Shown here piece after piece: positions 12,101 to 38,399 of a stretch of 64,000 bases of DNA (position 1 is the first letter of the stretch; each line of letters starts with the position of its first letter). The position numbers were made by a program, and so were the translations under genes. The notes under the pieces are model-generated. The model searched no databases. It saw only the letters and a program-made list of their open reading frames with translations, and was not told the origin of the DNA. Location: assembly GCA_030704615.1 (NCBI GenBank), contig CM060731.1, forward strand, positions 21,886,001 through 21,950,000, in the 5' to 3' direction. The stretch comes from Takakia lepidozioides (lineage: Eukaryota > Plantae > Bryophyta).

Positions 12101-13830
12101 AAGTGATCCATTTATAGTGGCGTTTTTGTGCTCTAGTTTATGTCATGTTGGATCGGCAATGTGCCGTCCTTTCTCACACAGATGTAGGTGAAAAGCTTCT
12201 ACAAAAGAGTTCTCAGCTTGGGCTTTCATGAGTCATACAAAGTATTGATTGAGAATAGTTTGTATATTGCAGGGACGTCTGCACCTGGAAATCCATATGT
12301 TGGTCAGTATCTTTGCTCAGGACTAATTTGGTCAAATGTGGGAATTGATTGAAACTGTTTCAGTTTTAACCTCGGAGCTGATGGAGTTTGCACCTAGTTC
12401 AAGACAGTGTAGAGCAATCTAGTCTGTGGAGGGTAAAAGCTTCTCTTAAGTCTAGAATTTTGGATACAACTGATGGGGGTGAGGGATTGTATGTGGCAGG
12501 CCCAACCTCTGCATCTCGAAGTGGGACGTCTCAGTCTACACCACGTAAGTCTCTATGCCTCGTCTCATTTGAGTCGAAGGTTGTCTATGGTCCCGAAGTT
12601 AATTAATTTGTGTCCCAAGGTTTTTCCCCCATGTAAATAAAAGTAGGATCAGTTGTAAACTGATATCTCATTGAAGAGACTGTATTCACAGGGTTCCCCA
12701 ATGGGTCGTACATTATTTGAAGAGCAATTTGCTCATTTATTTGAAAATAAATGTTAAGAATGAGAACTTCATTGTCAGACCTACGGGGATCTCCATAGCT
12801 TAATCAGCTAGATATGCTAGTCTGTGTGTCCCAGGACTCTCCGGATCTGAAACCCAACCTGCTCGGTCATCTTGTAATTCCTTCATCCTGTCCTGTTTTG
12901 GTCCAATCTTTCGTTCTCACTTGAGTTGATTGTGTTTTGTCTAGCATTTACTTTTTCGTAAATCTTGTCATGGGTAACAACGAGGCCTCATGCAAGATCC
13001 TGTATTTCAAGTGGATTTTACTGTGCTTTAATTTCATTTTTTGTAGAAATGTGGTTTTTGGTAGATTGGAAGGACAATCTTGGACTTCGAACTGTCTGAA
13101 GGAATTGATGGAAGGAGGTTCTGTCTTGCAGGGAAATCCTCTGGCGGAATGGGAGCTGACGAGGTTTTCCGAGCCGCTGGTAAGTAACTTTGAACCACCT
13201 CATGTAGTCATGGGTATTTTATGCATATTTTGTTGGTGGCAGTATTTGAAAGTAAACGTTCTATCTAAACCTGCCCTTCAGAATCTGATGTTGCCAAATA
13301 TCATGGTATACATGATTATATTGGTGCAGATCTATTGGATAGCTAGTTTCTCTTTGTTTTGTTTTCTTTTGAAGATGGACGATGTAATTTCTTTAGATCA
13401 GTTGCCTGTAGACTGAAGTGCCCATTTTGTTTATCGATTGTAGCATCATGGATCGATGATGCTTATCGATTGTAGCATCATGTAGCATGTCCTGCTTGAT
13501 GTTAGTACTAATTTGCTGATGATATTATGGCTGTTGATGATGATGATCTCAGGTATCCTTGATCCAACAACAGAAATTCCGGCAGACGACGGGTCAGGAG
13601 AAGTCGACAAGAATGAACTTCGAGCATGGTTGTATACCTTGGATGAGTACTCAACCAACCCAGCTGCCACTACTTTGGATGATCCCCTCGCATCTGTCAA
13701 TATTAATATAAATCCTGATGATAAATCCTTCAACATGAGTGCTGAAAGCCAACGGAATCAAATGAATCAAATGAGAAACATGAGAAGCGGCCCCAGAAAC
13801 CCCAGAGGCCCCAGAAACAAGAGATTTTAA
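156..13830 (+). CDS. 5'-partial gene of tandem micro-exons encoding a G/S/A/P/N/Y-rich repeat protein with a C-terminal EF-hand-like segment
   Basis: AG|exon|GT, phase 1-1 exons at 156-188, 558-617, 1078-1110, 1481-1513, 1672-1704, 1862-1894, 2114-2146, 2556-2588, 2830-2862, 3108-3143, then 25 exons every 206-207 bp from 3317-3349 to 8263-8295, then 11468-11500, 11671-11703, 11875-11907, 12273-12302, 12500-12544, 13132-13179 and terminal exon 13553-13830 (TAA). All splice in one open frame. A further exon at 12835-12873 is possible but weak. Confidence 0.85.
3100..12010 (+). repeat. 206-bp tandem array (33-nt exon + 173-nt intron), about 29 units, interrupted by a LINE
   Basis: Motif ttcagggacatcagctccagccggaaatccatatgttggtcagt recurs with period 206/207. 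Older, more divergent units of 190-520 bp lie at 1-3100. Confidence 0.97.
8401..11383 (-). mobile_element. Non-LTR retrotransposon (family A, RTE-X-like by inference) with both ends, APE endonuclease and C-terminal Zn finger, but RT deleted
   Basis: ORF 9723-10757 has APE motifs (GQETW, LLGDFNARVG); 3' Zn finger CPLCGQPEDNIHFLIHCP; family 3' end ggccacaaggctacggcaaacaatgtcttacgagta; 16-bp TSD tgttttgttgtagatg at 8385-8400 and 11384-11399. Confidence 0.92.
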
Positions 13831-14799
13831 ATGAGTGCAGCATGTAAATCTGACAGTCTTAGAGCTGGGGTGGTGCATCTTGTGTGCTATTTCAAAGCAA
13901 AAGGTAGTACTGCAAAGTCTGTAAGATAGTACTGCTGTGGCTTTTAGTAAGTCTGGTTAGTTAATGGTATTGTGGTTCATGCACCTCATTTTCCAGGATT
14001 ATGGCATTGTGATAGCCACTTGAATGTTTCTTCTGGTGACAATTTCTTTGATGTTTGTTTCTGGTGTGGTTTTTTCATGTGTGTTCTATCTGGGATGTCT
14101 CTCTTTCTTTTAAATGGCTTCTCCACTGTGAGTTTACTTAATTTATATAAAAAATTTATAATCTTTGTGTTTGACTAGGTGGCCTTCTATTTTCAGGCCG
14201 GTTCTTTGCCCCGGCGGTGTTTGGAGTGTGAGAAATCCCATTCCCTCCTTGGTTGGTTTATTCTTTCTTTCTCGCCACAGGCTGTGCAGGAGGCTAGTGT
14301 ACATTTGCTGTTAAGGGTGAACCATTCCACTTACAGACCATCAATTCTAATTCTCTCATTCATGCTCTCTCAGTTCAGCCCCATGCCAAAGCAAATCAAA
14401 ATACCCTGTAATTTTCAGATTTCAGTCATTGTTCAGTTCTCTTGAGAGACATGGGTGCTTGCACACAATCTCTACCAATGTCCACAAAATGCTGGATCCC
14501 ACAAATCTAGGTGCAGCAACTGGAGCCAGAGAGACTTGAATTTGAATCTGTGAAACGACATGCAATATGGCACTGATTGCGAATGTTTTGATGTGTTTTG
14601 CAAGCAGTCAAGCCAAACTCACTATACTCTCCAGATTGAAGTGCTGAGCAACCTAGTGCTTCTATGGAAGAGTATTTTCCAGCAGCTAGGTTCCTGAGAA
14701 GGATCTGCTTGGTCGGACTAAAAAATGTGTCCCCAAACATAGACATACACTCTAATACTTCCAATCAGGGGTACTAACCCCAGCAAAGTTCCGAGTCTG

Positions 14800-15010
14800 C
14801 AAGCTCAAGTTCTAGGAGTTGTGACATGTCTGGCTGGGGCATTGCTTATGTCTCTCTACAAGGGACCAGCTCTTGTAAGCTGAGGACTATCAACAGCTAT
14901 GCCTGGGTCTTTACTCTTTAGCCAACAAATGTGGAGACAGCAACAACTGAAGTGATGAACTCATCTCCACAATGGAGGGGATGCAAAATCAATAACAACT
15001 AGACAATAGG
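14800..15010 (+). pseudogene. WAT1/UMAMIT (EamA) transporter fragment
   Basis: Translates to QAQVLGVVTCLAGALLMSLYKGPAL then TGA, matching the family motif AKVLGTxxCxxGAMLMTLYKGP. No intact gene around it. Confidence 0.55.
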
Positions 15011-15740
15011 CATCTGGAGATGTGATTAGTAGAAAATTCAGTGCAGTAGACGTGACCTGCAATCAGTTCAATTACTCGGGAGGACAGTATACCTCTCACA
15101 AAGCAGTCTTAGGATCTTGTAGCAGCTCAGCTTCAATGCGTGTGCCTGATAGTAGCCCTCTTGCTAGCGAGGAACTTGAGCTCCCCATAGTAGTATGTGC
15201 TGGAGGTGGACTACAAGCTCATACATCCAGTGGAGTTAGCCAAGTGCAAGAATTGTCATCGTGGGGCCATTTCATCCCTAAAGTCGTGGGGGAATTGACG
15301 TTACATAGTGAAAGAGAGAGTAGGACCAGACCCGAAAAACCGCCCAAGAAAGGGGTCAATGCGAACACCCACAATCCTGCAGGCTCGGTTGAAGCAAGCC
15401 GACCAGCAATTCAACTGGCTTGGTTCTGTCACAATTACAGTTTGTGGGTCAGTGGAAGATATGTGATGAACCAAAATTTGTGAGGGTAGAGGGAGGGGGA
15501 AGAATGAGGTGAGTCTTAGGAGTAGAGAAGATGAAGCTTTAAAGCAAGCCAATTGGGCTTGCTTCCAATGCACGGTTCTGGGTGTGTGCTGGAGAGAGTG
15601 AGAGAAAGTTTTCAAGGTGAAGGTGAAATTTCTTTGATGGCATGCGTGAATTTAGATAGATGGATTCTAGAAGACCGTCGGGGTGAGGCTGTCACATATG
15701 TTGTACAGACTCTGGTCTCCTTGAGTGAGGTATTTTGAAG

Positions 15741-30589
<14,849 letters not shown>

Positions 30590-31605
30590 GGCAATGGGTG
30601 TCCTTTATGCACTGGCATGGGATAAAGAACCTCGACTGGGACTCCATGATACTTTCATTGAAGAGTCTAGAGCAGCTCTACATTGGCCACACATATGGCA
30701 ACCAATATCCTCGGAGCATGGGATATTGAGAGTTGGGTTGTCAATCATGTCTTCCATTCCCATCTCCATGTTAATTTGACTCACAGTTCATGATTGTGTT
30801 TGTACTATTTGCGGGGATTCACTTGATCAATCAAGGCCATCCTCAAAAGTGCTCGAAGAAAAAGAGGCTCCTAGTAATTTGTCCACTCCCTCGGTCTCAG
30901 GTTGGTCTTCCAGTCTTTTGTTGCACTCGAAGGGCGATTGCTGGATGTTGAGTGGTGTGTTGGTTAGAAGGCAGGAGAGATGTCCCCTTCACTCTCTCCG
31001 AAGACATGAACGGATGCATTGCCATTCTAGAGTGAATGGGGCTCATCAGTTTTGATTCAGTACGCTTTTCAGCAAATGGAAACTTCTTTTATGTTTGGGC
31101 TTTCACCCATGCTACCAGAGTTAGTGAGCTGGGTTTTCAATCCTGTGTGTGGAGAGGGGAGTTGTATAGGAATGATAAGAAGATGGGTGTCCATGGAGAG
31201 CTAGAATGGATGGATATGATGAGTGAAACAAGTGCAAGAGGACCATAAGGGTTGTGCAATCTTGTTGATTTGGTATCACTAAGATCTAGGAGCATATTAA
31301 AATGCCTCTCCATCGGGTATTTTTTAGGAGCAAAAAGAAATATATTCCCTGAAGGTTGGGGTGAGAAACTATTTGGGAGGGGCATTGCTCCAAAGCACTG
31401 TCTATTATTCTTTCTGTCATGGTTTTAGTCATGGTTAGCTAGAAATGATTTATTTTTAGTTAATTAGGACATTATGGAAGATAATAGGAATAATGTAAGA
31501 ACTTAATGCACATGTGCAACCTATGACAGAATGGTACGCCGGCATGTCAAATCTTCCCCACCCTCTCTTTAGAGTGAGATGGAACTGAAGGAGTGTCAAC
31601 TTCTA

Positions 31606-31890
31606 TTGGGGTTACACTGGGTTACACTAAGAGGTGTGTAACTCCACTTGGGGTTACATCGGGTTACACAACGAGGTGTGTAACGCCACTTGGGGTTACA
31701 TCGGGTTACACAACGAGGTGTGTAACGCTACTTGGGGTTACACGACGAGGTGTGTAACTCCACTCGGTGTAACCCACACTTGGTCTCGAAATTTGACCAA
31801 GTCCAAATGTGGCCAAGTATAAAATGGACCAACCAGAATTACATGAAAAATTGGGGTTACAGAGGGTTACACTGACCGGGGTTACACTGC
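31606..31890. repeat. 42-bp minisatellite (about 4 units) built from GGGTTACAC motifs with internal palindromes
   Basis: cttgggg recurs at 31647, 31689 and 31731; each unit holds gttacac...gtgtaac. Confidence 0.85.
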
Positions 31891-32207
31891 CACAACCTCC
31901 CATTAGGAACTGAACCCAGAACCTTGCCGCCTCCATTGCTATCACCTTACCATCACACTACCCACCACAACTAGCAACATGCTTGGATTCATAAGTATTT
32001 AATAGTGAAACCAAGATAATATGGGGTAGGGAGGATTTGACAGGGGGCCCGCCGGAGGAGCCCAGGTTGCCAGAATCCTGCGAAAGTACTGTCAGATCAC
32101 ACGCGTCCATTAAGTTCTTACATTATTCCTATTATCTTCCCATCTATGTTTTTATTTTGTTGGCATTGGAACTTCATCAATTTCATGTGTCAAGTGAGGT
32201 TCACTTA

Positions 32208-32772
32208 GAGCATCTCCATGGTGACACGGTACCTGCCCAAAAACGGCAATCTGGTCCTAGAAAGGCAGCGGGGCTTGCTCCACGGTTGCCTCAGCCCGGT
32301 AGAATTGATGCAAGCCCCGCCTCAAATCTGCCTCCCCCATGCACTTCTGCCAAACATAGAGGGACCCCGCCAACCACTAGACATTAAATTTGTGAGGTCG
32401 TCAACATGCCAAGATTGCAATGGAGGGAGGGGCTTGCCATAAATTTGTGAGTTCATGAGATATGATGTCCTCGGTCAACGCGCCAAGATTGCGATGGAGC
32501 CGCGGGGGCTATCTTGCCTTGGGGGCTATCTCTACTCTCCCAACCGCCTACATAGTGCCAACCAAACCTTTGCCCTGATAATTACCGTCACCCCTGTAAC
32601 CAGGGTATACTATGACGTTTGACGGGCTTGCCTCAGGGCTATCTTGCCACCTGGCTATCTACCGTCCCAACTGCGTACATAGTGCCAACCAAACCTTCCC
32701 CATAATAATTACCGTCACCTCTGTAACCAGGGTATATGATGTTTGAGGGGCCTGCTCACCGTGGAGATGCTC
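32208..32772. mobile_element. PIF/Harbinger (Tourist-like) MITE
   Basis: 17-bp TIRs GAGCATCTCCATGGTGA / TCACCGTGGAGATGCTC (1 mismatch); TTA TSD at 32205-32207 and 32773-32775; internal direct repeat of about 125 bp. Confidence 0.88.
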
Positions 32773-34652
32773 TTAGGACGCGGAGTGGGTTTTCTCCGTG
32801 TGAGAGTTGGGAAGATTCATCCTCTTCTTCTTGAGCTTTTCTAGACCTCTTGCATTTCACATGATCAGTCAAAGCTCTATACTTCCTATCACCATTGCAT
32901 GACCGCTCTAGGGACTAGGGCTAGCTTTGAACTATTTGGCAAATTGGAAAGAAGAATGTGTAGCCTACAAATTGTTTGCGCGTGTTAGTCCTATTTATAG
33001 AGTATGCAGATAATGGCGTCTCGTAGTTGACAATACTGACACAATACTCTGTTCTCCAAAGTAAATGAATGACAAAATTATACATTAGAAAGAACCTATG
33101 ATTCTCCGCTACAAATAAGGGTCACGAATTGTGTGAGGAGCAGGATTGTGGCCTCCATTGATAAGCGGCTTCATTCTGTAATCAACTTCTACTACTTTGG
33201 GGCTGGCCGGCCATCTTGAGCTAGTGTTGTCGTCGTGTCTTACTTCTACATTTGTTTCACACATCACATGTTTTATCCTTCTTTGCCATTGATTGAACTT
33301 TGTAATTGCCGGATCAGACAATCTGGTGTTGAGGGCAACATCCGGGAAATAATTTCAGTTGAACCAGCCAGTAGCCGCTCATTCCCGGCAGCAATCGGCT
33401 AAGTGGGTTGGGCAGTCGGTGCTGCCCCTTAGTGGTAACTATACTCGGTCAATTTCTGAGATAATTTTTTTACAACCGGTAATATTCCTAATGATTTATT
33501 TTGTGTTCAGCTATAAATCCGGCCCTTATAAATATCAACCGGTTGACAACACAAGTGTCAAATGCACAACAATAAGTAAATAATAATAATAATAAATAAT
33601 CACAACCAGTTTTAAGCAATTCAAACAAGTGAAGAACATTGTATCCTTATAGAAGTTGGACCTGTCAATGCCTTCAAACCACATGGAGGCCAAGAATTGA
33701 ACCCGCGTGGACAGGTGAGCTGTGATAGCAGGCAGCGAGCGCAAGCAGGCGTGGGGCTGGGGCTGCGAGAGCAACGTCCAGACTTAGTAGGGTTTGCCCG
33801 CGGCCCGCCCTCTTGAGTTCAATATTTTTTCACCTAAACGCCCTTCCTTGGATGTAACCCGGCCTGGCACGTTGGTTTCTGCCATGTGGTGGACTTCGAC
33901 GGCCATTTCTGTTTTTTGTAATATAAGAAGGGCCGGAATCCGTCCAGGCCTTGCCAACTAAGGCAGATTTCCTGTCTGTAATGAAATGGAAAGGCAAATA
34001 TCCTTCCTAAAAGTAGGGCACCCGGTTGATTTCCGCTTCAGCCATTTTTTCTTGAGGTTTCATATTTCATACGGAAATCTTTCGCACTAAAGAATTCCGC
34101 GCTCACGCTTATACTCAACTTTGAATTGTAGATTCGAGGACACAAGGGTGCCTCCCTTTCTTACCAAGGAATGTGCATGATCGCATGTACGCAGAGTTGG
34201 ATAAGGAATTGCCGGATACCAACATCTGGAATTCAGTCGGCTAGCATGTAACTGGCTTCCGGTTCTCCCCCTTGGTTTGTTGAGGGTCAATAAACATTTG
34301 TGGTACTTCAGCCAAAAATTCTCAAGTACTGTTCCACGAGGTAGTTTTTGAGCAGATTTTGGTGTAAAAATCTGGCATGCACACGTTTCAAGTTTTAACT
34401 TGTCCACTTTGGCAAAATCAGGCTCCTGATACTCACCTACTGGCATTTTTTGGCAAAATTTCGGGACTTTACGACTTTACCCCCATATTTTTTGTTTTTT
34501 TTTGCCAGAACGAGAAACACTATTCAATAATTCTAAATAAAGCTTCCAGGGCCAGACCCCTGTTCTCAAAAAAAATAAAAAATAAAAAATAAAACACTAA
34601 TTCGACTCCTGACGCACATGCCGTCAACATAAGTATTATGTATTAGGTAAGG

Positions 34653-34777
34653 GCCATTGGTCGCCACGTCACCTGGAATAATCTGCCGAAGAGCCAGCGA
34701 GCGGCGGCCCTTCGGCAGATTACCGACGTTCGCTGGATCTTCGGTAGATTATTCCACGTGACATGGCGACCAATGGC
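34653..34777. repeat. Fold-back with 48-bp arms (4 mismatches)
   Basis: 34653-34700 is the reverse complement of 34730-34777. Confidence 0.9.
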
Positions 34778-35940
34778 TGTTGCCTTCCGTAATTAGGAAT
34801 TCTCTCATAATGGAATGATCCAGAGTTCAACATCTGGACGTGAACAGCCTCTAGGAATTTTTATTTGATCTATATAGACATGGCAGGATAGAAAAGATTG
34901 AAGACAACTTGTGCTGGTAGAAGCGCTAGCATCAGATCACAAAAATTGATGCGGGCAAGTTGTAATGATACAAGACCCGACAGATTATAGGATATAATGT
35001 GACCACCGAAAGGCCAGAATTTCGAGCCAAAGCAAATTACGTACTAGATAATGGCCACCGGGCGGACCCGGTGAGCGGCGGGGCCGCGAGCAGGGTCAAC
35101 TGGTGGCCATTATGGAACGTAATTGGAATAGGGGAGTATTACTCGGTCTACAAACCCAGATGTCGATATCAGAGCTAGGATAGCCAAGAAAAACGTGCCA
35201 CGTGGTGCAATGTGGCAAACTCCCTTGACAAGTGAAGGGCCAAACCCTGAGAAACCTTGGGTGGCAGCTGGAATACGACCCCATGTCCAATTACGTGACT
35301 TGGAACTCGGATTTGAACCCGAATCAGCGGGGTAGCAGCGAGTGTGTGGTGAGGGCGGGCCATGTGTTGGATGCTGAATCTATGGAATGTGGATAGGTTT
35401 ATACGTTACATGGTTCCACACGTGTGCCAGGACGCATGTGAATTATTGTTGGATTCCTCCCTGCAACAGGGTCAACGGGCATACACGTGGGACCGTCCTG
35501 ACCGTCCTGGCATTAAAATCTAGAAAGAGAGAACTGCATGGGGAGTCACCTGTGTTTTTTTTTCACTTTCCCAAAATCGCAGGCAGGGCGACATGTAGAT
35601 TCTACCCAACGCCCATGTGGGAGAATAACGAGGTGACAGAGCTGGAAAAGAGGCTATATTACAGGTGTCATATTTTTACAGGTCCACGTAGGACAAATCT
35701 GGCTCCTGGTATCTTACCAGGATTTTTCAGATTTAAGAAAAAAATCACTGCCGGGGATGGCCAAATTTTGAAGTTACAACAAAAAACAATCTTCCAAGAT
35801 AATAAATTTAATCCTTGAGTTAATGCAACCTTCGGGGAGGTAATCATATTTCACCCTAATAACACATGTGGGCCCACTGTCAGAGAAGTCGGTTCCTTGC
35901 GACAAGGCCAACGAGATTGATGGCATCTTAGTTGTCATCT

Positions 35941-36190
35941 ATTTATTATTACTATTATTATTATTTATTTGTTTTTTTAGAAACAAAAGAAACCTGGGAG
36001 GGACAGCCCACAATTCAGGCCCTTGAGGAGGGGGAAAAATTAACCCCCTTTCATTTATGGGTCATGACACCTACAGGACAAACAATGCCCAGACTCATGA
36101 ACAATCCACACATAGGGGCAGGGCAGCGAGTTTGAACCCCCGAACTACATGGGCGTCACACTGTGCATTTACCAGCTACACTACCAGCCG
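35941..36190 (-). mobile_element. Probable tRNA-derived SINE
   Basis: Minus strand starts ggctggtagtgtagctggtaa (A box), has ggttcaaactc (B box), and ends in an A-rich/(AAT)n tail. No clear TSD. Confidence 0.6.
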
Positions 36191-38399
36191 ATGTGCTATT
36201 TCAATTAACCTGATAAATTTCCCTCCATAGAAGATCAATACATACTACAGTAGGTTCATAGCAGATTAGGAAACAACCATACAATAGGGTCATATGGTAG
36301 TGTACTGACAAAACTTATGCCGCTTACTTTTGTACAAATAAACGCGCCGAAATCGATGGTTCACACTCATTAATGTCGGTACCTTCCAGGGGAAGCCACC
36401 AGACCACACAGTACTGTCATGGCTTTTACCATGCACATGCATCCGAGCACCCTACTCATGCCCAGCCCGGCTATGTCCGGACATACTTATTATCCATACG
36501 AAGGTCAGCAGCATTATTTTACCGTAGGTTCAAAGCTGATTAGGCACAAATTAAGTTTTAAAAAAAAGTGCCTAAGCAAATCTGTGATTTTTCAAGATTT
36601 ATGCCTAAAAAGTTGGAAAAATAATATGAAAGTGCCTAATTCAGTAAAAATCCTACTATATATAATTTCTATTGAAAACAAAAACAAATGCCTCCATAAA
36701 TGTTCAAAAAGTATAGGCAAACTCCCTAGGTCCATACAACCTCCAAAGGACCTTCCAATGAGTCTCGCACATCCTGCATATGTCTTCATCCCCTTCAAGT
36801 CAAGGTACATCTGAGTCTTCAATGTGCAAATTTCCAAGGCAGCGACTCATGCTCTCCACCACCTCAACATCAAATAGAAATCTGGTACCTCTCCACTTGA
36901 GGAGCTGTGGCTCTAAACAAAGGCTATGTGAAATTGCTCTCATAGCCTCACATTGAAATTGCATAAGGGCGACATAACAAAAAATTAGGTAACATTTATC
37001 CAGGGTCGACTGTAATACCCCTAATGTTTGGAAAATACCTAGGTGAGGTGCCTAAATAATAAAAACGAATCTGCCTAATAATATTCCAAACTTAATAATT
37101 ATCATTTTGTGGGACCGACCCTCCTTGACCTCCAGTTTGAATTGATTGAGCTTATATATTTGAAGATATGACCTATGAAACCCTAAAGAACTTTCAGATT
37201 TTTCCCTTGGAGGAAATCAGGGACCTTAAATCTGTGAATCTACATGCCAAGCTGGCCAGTGCGTTACACAATCCTATAATCTACCCGCCAGGTTGGCAGT
37301 GCGTTACACAAATCCTATAATCTACCCGCCGGGCTCCCAGTGCATTATATCTTTCCTGTGCGTTCTTCACGCGTAAGCCTCCTCATTACCCTGCCTCGTG
37401 GTGGGGCTCATTTTGGTGATCCCCTCCACTAACTTCTAGAAGGTTGACTTATGTCAAAATAACGCGTCAATTTATCGCCAAAGGGCTATTGCCTTCCGTT
37501 CTGGAGGTTGGGTAGCGCGTGACGTAAGCATGAGCACAAGGCCATATTCCCCGAACTTCTCAGAAATTTCCAAGAAATTTCCACGCGAAATGAAATTGAC
37601 GAAACTAAAAACTAACACATAAAGAAGAAGTAGCCCCTATACCTGATGAACATGTTATCCTATAGGCGTGGTTTGTTATGCTTAGTTTGTGCCCATATCA
37701 CCAAGTATTTCTCAATGCGAAATTCACCGCCGCCGTTATAGGTTTAGAGTTTTTGGCTACATTATTGATGGTTTCACCTCGCTGAATTGGCGCAAATGTA
37801 CCATACAAATGCACCAGTCCTCTATACCCGCTTATGATTTTATTCCGTTTTGAAAACATATAACTCCTATGACCGAGGTTTAAATAAAACTCCCATGACT
37901 GTGGGTTGTGCTCACGTGAGCGTGCTGTGCTCACAGAATACAAACCCCCCATTCTGTAGGTGGACACCGGACCAAAGTAAGGTGGAGGCAGAAGAAACCC
38001 TGCAAAGCCTAGGCCTCACCCTCTTTAAGTGTATATTGTGCCTCACCCTCTTTATATACTGCGTCTTAGTGGTGGAGCCTTCAAAGAGGGGGCCTAGTGC
38101 CTCATCCTACTTATCTGGACAGCTCTAGAACTAGAAGGAGGGCCCACCGTCTCACATATCCTAGTTTTGCTGGGCTCTACACCTCCTATCACCCATTCCC
38201 ACACCCCTGCCTTCTCTTCCCATTGCCCGCTCCAATCCTCTCCCTTGTTTCGACCTTTTTTAAATTTATATTTTTAGCAGAAAGAGAGTAAGGCACCAAT
38301 TTATTAAAAATGGATAAGAAAAAAACAACCTTAGAAGTGCCATGAAGGCCAGAATTTGAGGACCCTTACTGATAATGTTTTTGATTACGTAAACGGTGG

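Noticed and set aside
31606-31890. Interstitial telomere repeat
   Set aside because: The motif is GGGTTACAC in both orientations within 42-bp units, not tandem TTTAGGG/TTAGGG.
36510-37110. hAT-like non-autonomous element (many GCCTA/TAGGC motifs)
   Set aside because: No TIR or TSD could be defined, so it is not listed as a feature.
37250-37345. 40-bp tandem duplication with an inverted motif match near 34982
   Set aside because: Too short to define an element or termini.
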